Assembly (NCBI GenBank): GCA_045651165.1
Contig: JAZRRX010000039.1
Coordinates: 251,866-315,865, forward strand
Length of the DNA: 64,000 nucleotides
DNA from: Eubacteriales bacterium
GTDB taxonomy: Bacteria; Bacillota; Clostridia; Oscillospirales; CAG-272
Direction: 5' to 3'
The notes beneath the pieces are model-generated. The model had not been told where the DNA came from. It worked only from the letters and a program-made list of their open reading frames with translations, and searched no databases. Positions 19,245-28,890 of this stretch are shown one piece after another. Numbering within the stretch: the stretch's first letter is position 1; each line of letters opens with the position of its first letter. The translations under genes and the position numbers were made by a program.

Positions 19245-19799
19245 TTATTCTTCAAGTTGACGTCCTAAAAATCCTGCTGCAGTGCTAACAAGTCGAGTCT
19301 CAACCTCAACTGAAATATTGTTTTTTCCGTATCCGTCAAGTGACTTGAGAGAAGCCACGCATCCAATAATGTCACCACTACTTATAATTGGCATAGCACA
19401 ACTCACATAGTGCGCCAAGCTCTCGTTAAGAGGCATCATTTTCTCACTTGAATCCTTGTGAACGTAAATGCTTCTGCCCTCCATCACCTTTTCAAGCTCT
19501 GCAGAGAGTGATTTTTCAAGATATTCCCTCTTTGGAACACCCGCACAGGCAATCACTGCATCCTTGTCGCAAATTATCACGTCCATCATACAAACCTTGT
19601 TGAGCGTATCCGCATATTGAGAAGCAAAATTCGTTAACTCTCCAATGGGAGAATACTTTTTAAAAATGACCTCGCCCTCGCGGTCAGTATAAATTTCAAG
19701 TGGGTCACCCTCGCGGATTCTCATAGTTCTTCTAATCTCCTTCGGAATGACAACCCTGCCAAGATCGTCAATTCTTCTCACAATTCCCGTTGCTTTCAT
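19245..19799 (-). CDS. spoVT: Stage V sporulation protein T (AbrB-type DNA-binding domain plus GAF-like domain)
   Basis: MKATGIVRRIDDLGRVVIPKEIRRTMRIREGDPLEIY followed by a C-terminal domain of about 130 aa; total length 184 aa. Confidence 0.88.
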   Translation of the reverse strand: MKATGIVRRIDDLGRVVIPKEIRRTMRIREGDPLEIYTDREGEVIFKKYSPIGELTNFASQYADTLNKVCMMDVIICDKDAVIACAGVPKREYLEKSLSAELEKVMEGRSIYVHKDSSEKMMPLNESLAHYVSCAMPIISSGDIIGCVASLKSLDGYGKNNISVEVETRLVSTAAGFLGRQLEE

Positions 19800-19805
19800 A
19801 TATAT

Positions 19806-19858
19806 AATCTCCTTATTTTACAAATTTGTACATTTAGTATCTGCAAAATAAGGAGATT
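19806..19858 (-). promoter_or_regulatory. Perfect 14-nt inverted repeat covering the spoVT Shine-Dalgarno
   Basis: AATCTCCTTATTTT (19806-19819) and AAAATAAGGAGATT (19845-19858) are separated by a 25-nt loop. That loop carries a GATACTA -10-like element. Confidence 0.5.
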
Positions 19859-19947
19859 TATACCGTATTTTATTTTTAAAAATTTATATCAAAATTCCAT
19901 AAAGAGAATCACACGGTTTAAAGCATCACTTTTATTTTTGCAAACTA

Positions 19948-19976
19948 TTGAAAAGAATCACAAAATATGCTATAAT
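19948..19976 (+). promoter_or_regulatory. Near-consensus sigma-A promoter in the spoVT/phosphoesterase spacer
   Basis: TTGAAA (19948-19953), 17-nt spacer, TGC-TATAAT (19971-19976). It lies about 230 nt upstream of the next annotated start. Confidence 0.45.
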
Positions 19977-20206
19977 TAGGTTAGAAAATATCGAAAGATG
20001 GGCACACATTTTTAATGAGAAAAATATGATAAATGCATATATAAATATTGCTCTTGACAGCTTCGCTTTTGTCGTTTTAACAATTATAATCGGCCTAATT
20101 CGCCACCATATTAAATGACAGTTAAAACAGAATATTTATGAAAATATAATTATTTCAAGAAAAGGTACTGAAACTTTGCATTTATTTAAACATAGGAGGT
20201 TTCACA

Positions 20207-21319
20207 ATGAAAAAAATACTGACTTGCTTTTGCTACACGGACATTCACAACCAGCAATCGATGTTGGATTATCCGACTACACTTAGAAAATCTGTTGTAC
20301 AAGCAAAGAAACTTGCCACCCAAGAATTTGGCTTGGCAGATGTTGCCATTGTCGGTGGCGATAACGTATCCGACTATCCTCATTGGAATATGTCGTGCTG
20401 TCTGCCTAAGAAGAATTTTCTTGATATTAAAGAAAAATTGCATAAATGTATCTCCGAAAGTGTAAAAGATGGCAAGGTTATTTATGTTACCGGAAACAAC
20501 GACATGATAATGGGTGACATCGGAACCGAGGAAAATGAGCCTTATAACACCACGGATTTTTACGATCTTATGGATAATGCGTTTGGTGAACTTCCCGAGA
20601 GTGAGAAATTTGAGGTTTTCTCTAAGGAAAAGCCGAATGAGCATTATTTAGGTGCGTTTCATTATCTTGTAAACGGCGTCGATTTTATCGGAATTAATAT
20701 ACATCCCGATACCGCATTTAATTCTCACGAAGGATATTATAGTAATGAAACTATGATTTGGGTCAAGAAAAAACTTAACGAGATTGACCCCGATGGCCAA
20801 AAATGTGTTTTTGTTGTGGGACATTTATCGGCGATATATTATTTAAATGACGGCGAATTGCTCGAAACTATGATAAACGGAGACAGAGACCTGTTTTACA
20901 GTATTTTTAAGGGACATCAAAATACTTTTTATCTTTATGGTCACTTACATGGCGAGAGAGCTTGCTTTAGAGATTATTCTTCGGGAGCTGTTTTGCATCT
21001 TGATGATAATAATATGCCTCTTGACGCAAATCTTAAGTCGAAAAATTCGAAGGGTTTGGAATATGCTTATTCCTTGGTACATATGGGTGGACTCAGACCG
21101 TTTTGGGAGGAACATTTTGAGAACGATGCAATTGAAGGCTACGGTGGGTTAAAGGAAAAAAGGATTTATCCCCATACTGGCACACCGCTTATTGCTCAGT
21201 TCTTGGTATTTGAACTCTATTCAGATCGCGTAGTTTTCCATATTAGAAACACCGGAGAGCACGAATTATACAACAAAAAAGATAAATTGCAGGAATATAC
21301 GGTGTATTTAAAGAAGTAA
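20207..21319 (+). CDS. Calcineurin-like metallophosphoesterase
   Basis: Motifs TDIH, GGDNVSD, GNND, VVGHLS and GHLHGE. AGGAGG RBS; no signal peptide. Confidence 0.75.
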   Translation: MKKILTCFCYTDIHNQQSMLDYPTTLRKSVVQAKKLATQEFGLADVAIVGGDNVSDYPHWNMSCCLPKKNFLDIKEKLHKCISESVKDGKVIYVTGNNDMIMGDIGTEENEPYNTTDFYDLMDNAFGELPESEKFEVFSKEKPNEHYLGAFHYLVNGVDFIGINIHPDTAFNSHEGYYSNETMIWVKKKLNEIDPDGQKCVFVVGHLSAIYYLNDGELLETMINGDRDLFYSIFKGHQNTFYLYGHLHGERACFRDYSSGAVLHLDDNNMPLDANLKSKNSKGLEYAYSLVHMGGLRPFWEEHFENDAIEGYGGLKEKRIYPHTGTPLIAQFLVFELYSDRVVFHIRNTGEHELYNKKDKLQEYTVYLKK

Positions 21320-21387
21320 TATCTGCTATTGATATTAATTTACGCTTATTATACACTTAAGAAAACTAAACTCTATAGGAGATACTT

Positions 21388-23631
21388 ATGTTAACTAATG
21401 CAAAATGGATAAAGTCACCCATCGATATGGTAATGGCGACAGCCGAATTTAGAAGAGACTTTTCCATAAAAAATAAAGTAAAATCAGCAACACTTTACGT
21501 ATCAGCGGCAGGAGTTTACTCCCCCAAGCTTAACGGCAAAAAAATAACAGATGCCGTGCTAATGCCCGGTATTACAAGCTACAAGACGAGAGTTTTATAT
21601 CAGGAATACGACGTTACTGAGTTCATTTCCGAAAATAACGAGCTTTCCTTTGGTGTTGGTCCCGGATGGGCAGTAGGTCACTACGGATATTCGCGTGAGC
21701 GCCAGTTATACTTCGACGAGATAGCTCTTATAGCAAGACTTAATATCGTATATCAGGACAACTCTGAAGAGGATATACTTACCGACTCAAATTTTGAGGT
21801 CTTCACAACTAAAGTCACCTCCTCCGATATTTACCACGGTGAAACAGTTGACCTCACCGCAGAGATAAAGAGCCTCGGTGCTGCTGTTGAAACTACCCTT
21901 AATACCACCATCGTGCCCCAGGACGGTGAGTGGATAAAAGAAATAGACAAGCTTGATGCAGTTGATATCATCAAAACTCCAAAGGGTGAATATGTAATTG
22001 ACTTCGGTCAGAATATGACTGGATACGTCGAGGTAACCGTTAAGGGTAAGTACGGCGAGCGTATCGTTTTGCATCACGGTGAGGTGCTCGATAAAGAAGG
22101 CAACTTCTACAATGGCAACATGAGATCTGCAAGGAACGAAAACGTATATGTTCTCTCGGGAAATAACGACGTATTCAAGCCTACCTACTCCTTTCAAGGA
22201 TTCCGATACGTTCATCTCGTTGAATGTCCCGAATATCTCATTGACAAAAATAATTTCAAGGCAATCAGCGTTCATTCGGATATAAAGCGCACTGGCAGAT
22301 TTGTCTGCGGCAACGAAAAGATTAATCAGCTTTATCATAACATCATATGGGGTCAGAAGAGTAACTTCCTTGATATCCCCACCGACTGCCCACAACGTGA
22401 CGAACGTCTCGGCTGGACCGGTGACGCGCAGGTGTTCTGTCGCACCGCATCTATAAACTACGATACCGAGAAATTCTTTACTAAATGGCTTGCCGACGTT
22501 GCCATCGAGCAACATGAAAACGGTGCTGTAATGGGTGTTATTCCTCGCGCTCGCAAGCACGGTGTTACCCGTGTTTCTGCCGCATGGGGTGACGCTGCGT
22601 GCATTATTCCGTGGGAGCTTTACGTTTCATACGGAAACAAGGAATTGTTAAAAAAGCATTTCCCTATGATGAAAAAATGGGTTGAATATATGCACTCCGC
22701 AGGAAGCGAAGAATTTCTCTGGCTTGGTGGCATGCATTATGGTGACTGGCTCGCTATGGACTCCGGTGCTGACAGCTACGTTGGCGCAACCTCAAACGAT
22801 CTTATCGCAAGCGCATTCTTCGCTTACTCAACGAGCCTTCTTATAAAAGCAGGCGAGGTTATCGGTGAGGATATGACCAAATACCGTGAGCTATATAAGA
22901 ACGCTCGCGCGGCATTCAGAGAATATTTTATGGAAGACGGTATGCCCAAAGCAGAATTCCCTCTCACCGAGGTAACACTCCCCAACTACTCCGTAATAGA
23001 TACCGTCCGTAAGGGTATGACTCAGACTGCTCTCGTTCTTATTCTCAACTTTGGTCTTTATGAGAAAAACGAGAAAAAGGCGCTTGAGGATAAACTCTGT
23101 GAAATGATCGTAAACAACGATAATAGAATGACCACAGGATTTGTCGGCACACCTTACATACTCCACGTTCTTACTGCCGCAAGAAAGACCGACCTTGCGT
23201 ATAAGCTTCTCTTCCAGGAGCAGAATCCCTCTTGGCTCTATTCTGTAACTCACGGTGCTACTACTATGTGGGAACATTGGAACAGCATCAAGGAAGACGG
23301 TAGCTTTTGGAGTGATGCAATGAACTCATTTAATCACTACGCTTATGGAGCGGTTTACGATTGGATATTTTCTACCGTTATCGGTATTGCTCCCGTCGAA
23401 TCGGCTCCCGCTTACCGAGAAGTAACAATTACTCCTCACCCCTGTCGTGAGCTCGGATTTGCCAAAGCCTCTATAGAATCTCGTTCTGGCAAGATAAGTT
23501 CACATTGGTATTACAAGGAAGACACCGTTCACTACGAGTTTGAAATTCCTGAAGGTGTTACTGCGCATATCACTCTCCCCAAAGGATTCACCAAAACCAT
23601 TGGCCAAGGTAACTATGTATTCGTTGAATAA
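21388..23631 (+). CDS. Alpha-L-rhamnosidase (GH78)
   Basis: Signature DCPQRDERLGWTGDAQVF and TTMWEHW in the (alpha/alpha)6 domain. 747 aa, cytoplasmic. Confidence 0.88.
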   Translation: MLTNAKWIKSPIDMVMATAEFRRDFSIKNKVKSATLYVSAAGVYSPKLNGKKITDAVLMPGITSYKTRVLYQEYDVTEFISENNELSFGVGPGWAVGHYGYSRERQLYFDEIALIARLNIVYQDNSEEDILTDSNFEVFTTKVTSSDIYHGETVDLTAEIKSLGAAVETTLNTTIVPQDGEWIKEIDKLDAVDIIKTPKGEYVIDFGQNMTGYVEVTVKGKYGERIVLHHGEVLDKEGNFYNGNMRSARNENVYVLSGNNDVFKPTYSFQGFRYVHLVECPEYLIDKNNFKAISVHSDIKRTGRFVCGNEKINQLYHNIIWGQKSNFLDIPTDCPQRDERLGWTGDAQVFCRTASINYDTEKFFTKWLADVAIEQHENGAVMGVIPRARKHGVTRVSAAWGDAACIIPWELYVSYGNKELLKKHFPMMKKWVEYMHSAGSEEFLWLGGMHYGDWLAMDSGADSYVGATSNDLIASAFFAYSTSLLIKAGEVIGEDMTKYRELYKNARAAFREYFMEDGMPKAEFPLTEVTLPNYSVIDTVRKGMTQTALVLILNFGLYEKNEKKALEDKLCEMIVNNDNRMTTGFVGTPYILHVLTAARKTDLAYKLLFQEQNPSWLYSVTHGATTMWEHWNSIKEDGSFWSDAMNSFNHYAYGAVYDWIFSTVIGIAPVESAPAYREVTITPHPCRELGFAKASIESRSGKISSHWYYKEDTVHYEFEIPEGVTAHITLPKGFTKTIGQGNYVFVE

Positions 23632-23689
23632 ATATAGCTTTTAATGTATGTGACATATCGCTCCGAATACAAAAAACACAAATAAAAAA

Positions 23690-23722
23690 GGGCGTCGTGC
23701 AATCTCACGACGGCCTATTTTT
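23690..23722. terminator. Intrinsic terminator between convergent GH genes
   Basis: GGCGTCGTG/CACGACGGCC hairpin flanked by an A-run and a T-run. Confidence 0.65.
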
Positions 23723-23725
23723 TAT

Positions 23726-25381
23726 TTAAATGTATTCCTTAATTTTTTCAATCATAGCAGCACGAAGCTTCGGCAAGAAATCACTATCAAGCGGATAGGA
23801 ATCAAACCTTAAGTCCATATCGGCAAATTTATCAATCATCTTCACAACCTCGTCACGACCGATATATTCCTCAAGCGTACGGCAAAGATTCAAATCACCG
23901 ATTGCATCATATGTAACCTTACCACGTATTGAAGGATAAGCTCCGTTCTTTGCGGGATAAACAATAAATGGATCACCCGAAGGAAACCGTCCGTCACCGG
24001 ATGTAGTAACGTAGGGATTTATTTTGTAATACGAAACTTGGGAGTTATAGAAATTAAATCCCCAGTGCAAAAATCCCTTTATATCATATTTATAGATTAA
24101 AACTCCAAGGATACGCGTGCGACACGATGGCATAGCCATAAACGAGTTTGTATAAGTTATCTGTGGCTCGCAACAGTAGTAAACCCACTGATTGGGTACA
24201 TTCAACGGAAGAAATTCGTGAATGTGTGACACCATTGTAACAGGACATTCAACTAGTCCCCTTTCGTAAAATTCTTTAGAGGACAATGCATCAAAAGTGT
24301 GGCAATTACCAATAAAGGGGCGTATCGTTTCTACTGCCGTGCGATAAGCGTCGATTCTATCAACCGAGGGCTCGTCCGAAATATGATAATAGGTGTTTTC
24401 TGCAACACCGAGAAACTGAAGCTCCTTTGAAATCGCAGAAATATACTGTTTCAAAAAATCAATATATATATGTGAGGTGGATTCTATGTGCCAACCAAAC
24501 ATATAGCTTTTTATACCGTTTTCCTCGACCATAATATTCGCGGCATACTTTGCCCCCCATTGTGAGAACATATGTGCCATCTCATAGTAACGTATACCTG
24601 AACGCTTACAAATATCAATGAATCGATGTAGCTTTTCAAAGCTGAATACATACTCGTCACCAACCTTCTCGATATCAACAAGCTGTACACAAGGGCGCGC
24701 AGTCCCAATTGCTGTATCTAGAGGGGGAGTATGTATAGGTACAAGTATCATATTGATTCCGACATCTACAGCTTCGCGTATGTAAGCTTCGATAAGGTCA
24801 AAATGTTCATCAGAGTAGATTGGTACGTTGTGATAATCCGCTATGCAGTCTGCATAAAACCAACGTGTGTAAATGAGACTCTGCTCTTTTTTTGTTGCCG
24901 GCAAAACCTCAACAGTCATAGTCTTAACAGCACTTATTGCACGAGTGGTATCAGGCGCTGTAAAATCAAACGTTTCATATGAAAAATTGATCTCGTATTC
25001 ACCTTCAGCCATATCGTTTGGCATATTTACCTCAATCCACAAGGTCCTTCCCGTTGTATTTACAGTTAGAACGCTATTGTTTTCGATTGGAAGAAGCAAA
25101 TCGGGCATAAGTCCTTTTTCAGTTGTGATATATCCAATCTCTTCAACTTTATCTATGACGGGTGCATCCATCACAGAATTCTCAACCGTGTAAATGCGTA
25201 TATTATCGAGCAATGGGGATTCAATTCTGATATTACCCATCACAGGCGCATCTGATTTTAAACATATCTGATAGGCAAAGCGTTCGCCACGAAGCATAGT
25301 TTCTTTTGTTATCTCATTCATATTAAGATTATCAAATACACGCACTTTATGAAGTGATGAAATCTGCTTAACTACAAACAT
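23726..25381 (-). CDS. DUF4091-type putative glycoside hydrolase
   Basis: N-terminus VKQISSLHKVRVF...LRGERFAYQI and the overall layout of a beta-sandwich followed by a TIM-like barrel resemble DUF4091 proteins. This is from memory, not searched. Confidence 0.55.
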   Translation of the reverse strand: MFVVKQISSLHKVRVFDNLNMNEITKETMLRGERFAYQICLKSDAPVMGNIRIESPLLDNIRIYTVENSVMDAPVIDKVEEIGYITTEKGLMPDLLLPIENNSVLTVNTTGRTLWIEVNMPNDMAEGEYEINFSYETFDFTAPDTTRAISAVKTMTVEVLPATKKEQSLIYTRWFYADCIADYHNVPIYSDEHFDLIEAYIREAVDVGINMILVPIHTPPLDTAIGTARPCVQLVDIEKVGDEYVFSFEKLHRFIDICKRSGIRYYEMAHMFSQWGAKYAANIMVEENGIKSYMFGWHIESTSHIYIDFLKQYISAISKELQFLGVAENTYYHISDEPSVDRIDAYRTAVETIRPFIGNCHTFDALSSKEFYERGLVECPVTMVSHIHEFLPLNVPNQWVYYCCEPQITYTNSFMAMPSCRTRILGVLIYKYDIKGFLHWGFNFYNSQVSYYKINPYVTTSGDGRFPSGDPFIVYPAKNGAYPSIRGKVTYDAIGDLNLCRTLEEYIGRDEVVKMIDKFADMDLRFDSYPLDSDFLPKLRAAMIEKIKEYI

Positions 25382-25493
25382 ATCTTTCTCCTAACTTAGT
25401 GTTTTTGTTTCTATATGTGCACGTCCCTCTCGTCGCATTTTCATTATAAGAAAATTTTGCTATATTTTTAGTGCTATTTTCTCTTTTATAAAA

Positions 25494-27866
25494 TTAATTT
25501 ATCTCAAAATCGATAATTTTATCTTCAACTCTCGGGCAAGAAATTCTAACCTTGGCCTCTCCTTTTTCACCTGTAGTTTTAACGTAGAATGCACCCATTC
25601 CGCCACGAAGTGAGAATATATCGGGACCAATTAATTCTATTGGGCCTTCTGAAGTTAATTTAATTGCTTCATTACTGTATGGAAGAAGATTGCCGTTTTC
25701 ATCTACTGCGCGAATTCTTACAACAGCTACGTCATAGGAATTGCCCTCATGAAGATTTGTATGTGATACTTCAATCTCGAGGCTTATCTTGTCCATTGGA
25801 GCTTTAGTAACTGTTTTTACTACTTCACCATTTACAATCGCATCAAAACGGTAAACCGAGCTCTTAGCACCCCAATTCTCAACGTATTTTCCGTATAAGC
25901 CTATGATCTGATCGACGGTCATTTGATAATCATTTAGGCATTTATTAGCAATCTCCGTGGGTATGGGAGCGATGTGTGGAAAACCGTTAAGTGCTATATG
26001 GTTAATAGCCATTGCAACGTACTTTGCCTTTTCGGGAGGCATTTTTTCTTCGGCTACAAGTTGATCTCCAACATAATCGTCAATCAAGATCGGCGACTTT
26101 ACCATATATGGAAAATGCTCGTGGTGAGGTGCAAATTCCTTGATAAATTTACCGTTTTTATACATTTTAACGCTATCGGCATTTGTAAATATCCATACCT
26201 TTCCCTTAATCGATGCAGGATGCTCACCGATGTCCATAGACGAACTTACCTCAAGCACGGTTTCATGATTATTTTGAGATTTATAAACCGCTGCTGCCAT
26301 TTTATGATTACGGAACATATCCGTAACACCGTGATAGCAAATTCTGTCCCCGCTACCAAAATCCTTGTGTGTGTTATAGTCCGCAAAGCACCAAGAAAAG
26401 CTACCACAAATGTCGGAGTGAGATGCAACATCATTGATTACTCTCGCGTGACGAAGCGCGTGCTCAAGCCTATGGTCTTCATTGTCAAAGCTCTTGGTTG
26501 GGAACATATGACCGTTATTTTCGGTTATCAAATAAGGCTTGTCCTTGTTTGAGGTGATATTTGCTTTAGGCTCACATCCCGCCTTCTTTCCGTCATGGAA
26601 AAAGTCGTTGTAGGTGTAAACATCCTCTAAAAACTCACTCTTGCTAAAGTTACGAACTCCACCCGTCTGTCTTGTGGGATCAAGTCTATGAGCAACCTCA
26701 TTCGTACGAACGTAAAAATCATGGTCATCACGCGATTCGTTAATTCTGACACCCCAAATGATGATCGAAGGGTGATTTCTATATTGAAGAACCATTTCTT
26801 CAACGTTTTTAACTGCTTGATTTTTCCAATTCTCATCTCCGATATGCTGCCAACCCGGAATTTCGGTAAATACAAGTAAACCAAGTTTGTCGCACTCATC
26901 AATAAAATACTGAGATTGAGGATAATGTGATGTTCTTACCGCATTAACACCTAGACTCTTTAATACGCGCGCGTCATCTCTTTGTATAGATTCGGGCATA
27001 GCATATCCAACGTAAGGATAGCTTTGGTGTCTATTAAGACCGCGAATTTGCACGCGTCTGCCGTTGAGGAAAAATCCTTCGTTAGTGAACTCTGCAAGTC
27101 TAAATCCGACCTTGACCTCGTGAACGTCTATAACAGCACCCTCGGCAATAAGCTCTGTGCGTATTAAATAGCGGTTTGGGTGATTAATATCCCAGAGTTT
27201 TACGTTTTCAATGAATCCGTTAACTGAAACTTCTTGCTTGCCGACTTCATTTTCTGCAAGTAAAAATTCATTTTCTCCTCCCTCAAAAATAGCTGTTTGT
27301 CTAATTTTTGAATCGTGAGGGATTTCACCGTTTAGCGTTATATCACTAACTATCTTACCCGTAAATTCGGGCTTTACGAATACATCTGAAATATAGCAAT
27401 TTTCTTTAATATCAAGATAAACGTCGCGATATATTCCACCATATGTCATATAGTCGATTACGTTGCCAAATGGAGGAATATTCAAGTTTTCTCTTGAGTC
27501 GAGCTTAACCAAAAGAATATTATCTTCTCCAAGCTTTAATTTGCCCGTCAATTCAAGTGAGAAAGCGGTGTAGCCCGAGTAATGCTCACCGATTTTTTCA
27601 CCGTTAAGAAACACCTCGGCATAGTGTGCAGCACCCTCAAACGTAATGATGATACGTTTGTTAGACCATTCATTCGGAGCATAAATAAGTTTGCGATATG
27701 CACAAAGCATTTGGTAACTATCTTCAGAAAAATAATTGAATGGAAGGTCACATGTATTATGTGGTAATCTAACCTTAGTCATATTTTCATCAATATGTCC
27801 CCAAATATATTCTTCTTTGAAATTTGTGGCAAAAAGCCAATCGTTGTTAATATAAATTTTGCTCAT
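25494..27866 (-). CDS. GH2 glycosidase (beta-galactosidase/beta-glucuronidase-like)
   Basis: GH2 sugar-binding N-domain (INNDWLF), acid/base region NHPSIIIWGVRINES, and C-terminal Ig-like domains. ATG 27866 has a GGAGGT RBS. Confidence 0.85.
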   Translation of the reverse strand: MSKIYINNDWLFATNFKEEYIWGHIDENMTKVRLPHNTCDLPFNYFSEDSYQMLCAYRKLIYAPNEWSNKRIIITFEGAAHYAEVFLNGEKIGEHYSGYTAFSLELTGKLKLGEDNILLVKLDSRENLNIPPFGNVIDYMTYGGIYRDVYLDIKENCYISDVFVKPEFTGKIVSDITLNGEIPHDSKIRQTAIFEGGENEFLLAENEVGKQEVSVNGFIENVKLWDINHPNRYLIRTELIAEGAVIDVHEVKVGFRLAEFTNEGFFLNGRRVQIRGLNRHQSYPYVGYAMPESIQRDDARVLKSLGVNAVRTSHYPQSQYFIDECDKLGLLVFTEIPGWQHIGDENWKNQAVKNVEEMVLQYRNHPSIIIWGVRINESRDDHDFYVRTNEVAHRLDPTRQTGGVRNFSKSEFLEDVYTYNDFFHDGKKAGCEPKANITSNKDKPYLITENNGHMFPTKSFDNEDHRLEHALRHARVINDVASHSDICGSFSWCFADYNTHKDFGSGDRICYHGVTDMFRNHKMAAAVYKSQNNHETVLEVSSSMDIGEHPASIKGKVWIFTNADSVKMYKNGKFIKEFAPHHEHFPYMVKSPILIDDYVGDQLVAEEKMPPEKAKYVAMAINHIALNGFPHIAPIPTEIANKCLNDYQMTVDQIIGLYGKYVENWGAKSSVYRFDAIVNGEVVKTVTKAPMDKISLEIEVSHTNLHEGNSYDVAVVRIRAVDENGNLLPYSNEAIKLTSEGPIELIGPDIFSLRGGMGAFYVKTTGEKGEAKVRISCPRVEDKIIDFEIN

Positions 27867-27955
27867 AAAGTTAACCTCCAAAAGCAATATATTTTGATTA
27901 TAACACAAAGTTTTAGTATATTAAGTGATAGCATCAAGATGAAGTGAAATAATAT

Positions 27956-28876
27956 TTACATTACCTCTGTCACACATATTTGTGCATAAATTTTCTCAAT
28001 ATCTTTTTTTTGAGGTGGCAAAGTGCCAGCCGTCAAGCAAGCCGCCGTTCCGAAACTTACGGCAGTTTTCAAGCATCCTATCGCATTCTCACCTGCATAA
28101 TTTCCTGCAAGGAAACCTGCAATAGTGCTATCACCTGCACCGATGGTAGAAATTGCCTCAATGACAGGACAGGTTGCTATATATACCTTATCTTCGGTCA
28201 GCAGTACTGCTCCCTTCTCACCAAGTGTTACCATTGTATTGGTAATGCCGTGTTCGGTGAATACAGCCGCTTTTTCAAGCACCTGTGAAAGTGTTTTGAT
28301 TTCACAACCCAAATAATCAGATATTTCTTCTTGATTTGGCTTAATTAGCCAAGGTTTAATCTCAAAAATATCTTCTATCGTAAAGGATTTAGAATCCAAA
28401 ACAATTCTCACACCCTGCTTGTGAAGGCCTTTTAAAAATTCCTTTGCCTTGTCCTTGCTGACTCCAGCAGGAATACGGCCTGTGAATGTAACGATTGTAT
28501 TATTTTCAATTACAAGATTGTCAAGCACCTCTTCAATAATACCGTCATCCACAGAAAAACCAGAAAAGCTTATGCGCGTTTCGGTTCCATTTTCACAATG
28601 GAAGGTCAAATTCTCTCGAATTCTACCTTCTTTTTCTAGCAAAACGCAATCCATCTCAGAGATGGCATTTTTAAACTCATCTCCATTTTCTTTTCCCAAC
28701 ACAATAATAGCTGTATTAGGAATTTGACCATTGCACAATGCTCTGCTTATATTAACTCCTTTTCCCCCAGCTTCTCGTGATTGCATCTCTGCCAAATTTT
28801 CGCAATTTAGCACCAAGCTTTTGGCAAATGCGTGAACATCATAAGCCGGGTTCAAAGTCAATGTATATATTTTCAT
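27956..28876 (-). CDS. PfkB-family sugar-phosphate kinase, FruK/LacC subfamily-like
   Basis: YTLTLNPAYD, AGGKGVNISRAL, KPNQEE and GAGDSTIAGF match the 1-phosphofructokinase / tagatose-6-P kinase pattern. Confidence 0.75.
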   Translation of the reverse strand: MKIYTLTLNPAYDVHAFAKSLVLNCENLAEMQSREAGGKGVNISRALCNGQIPNTAIIVLGKENGDEFKNAISEMDCVLLEKEGRIRENLTFHCENGTETRISFSGFSVDDGIIEEVLDNLVIENNTIVTFTGRIPAGVSKDKAKEFLKGLHKQGVRIVLDSKSFTIEDIFEIKPWLIKPNQEEISDYLGCEIKTLSQVLEKAAVFTEHGITNTMVTLGEKGAVLLTEDKVYIATCPVIEAISTIGAGDSTIAGFLAGNYAGENAIGCLKTAVSFGTAACLTAGTLPPQKKDIEKIYAQICVTEVM

Positions 28877-28890
28877 ATTATCTCCCCTTT

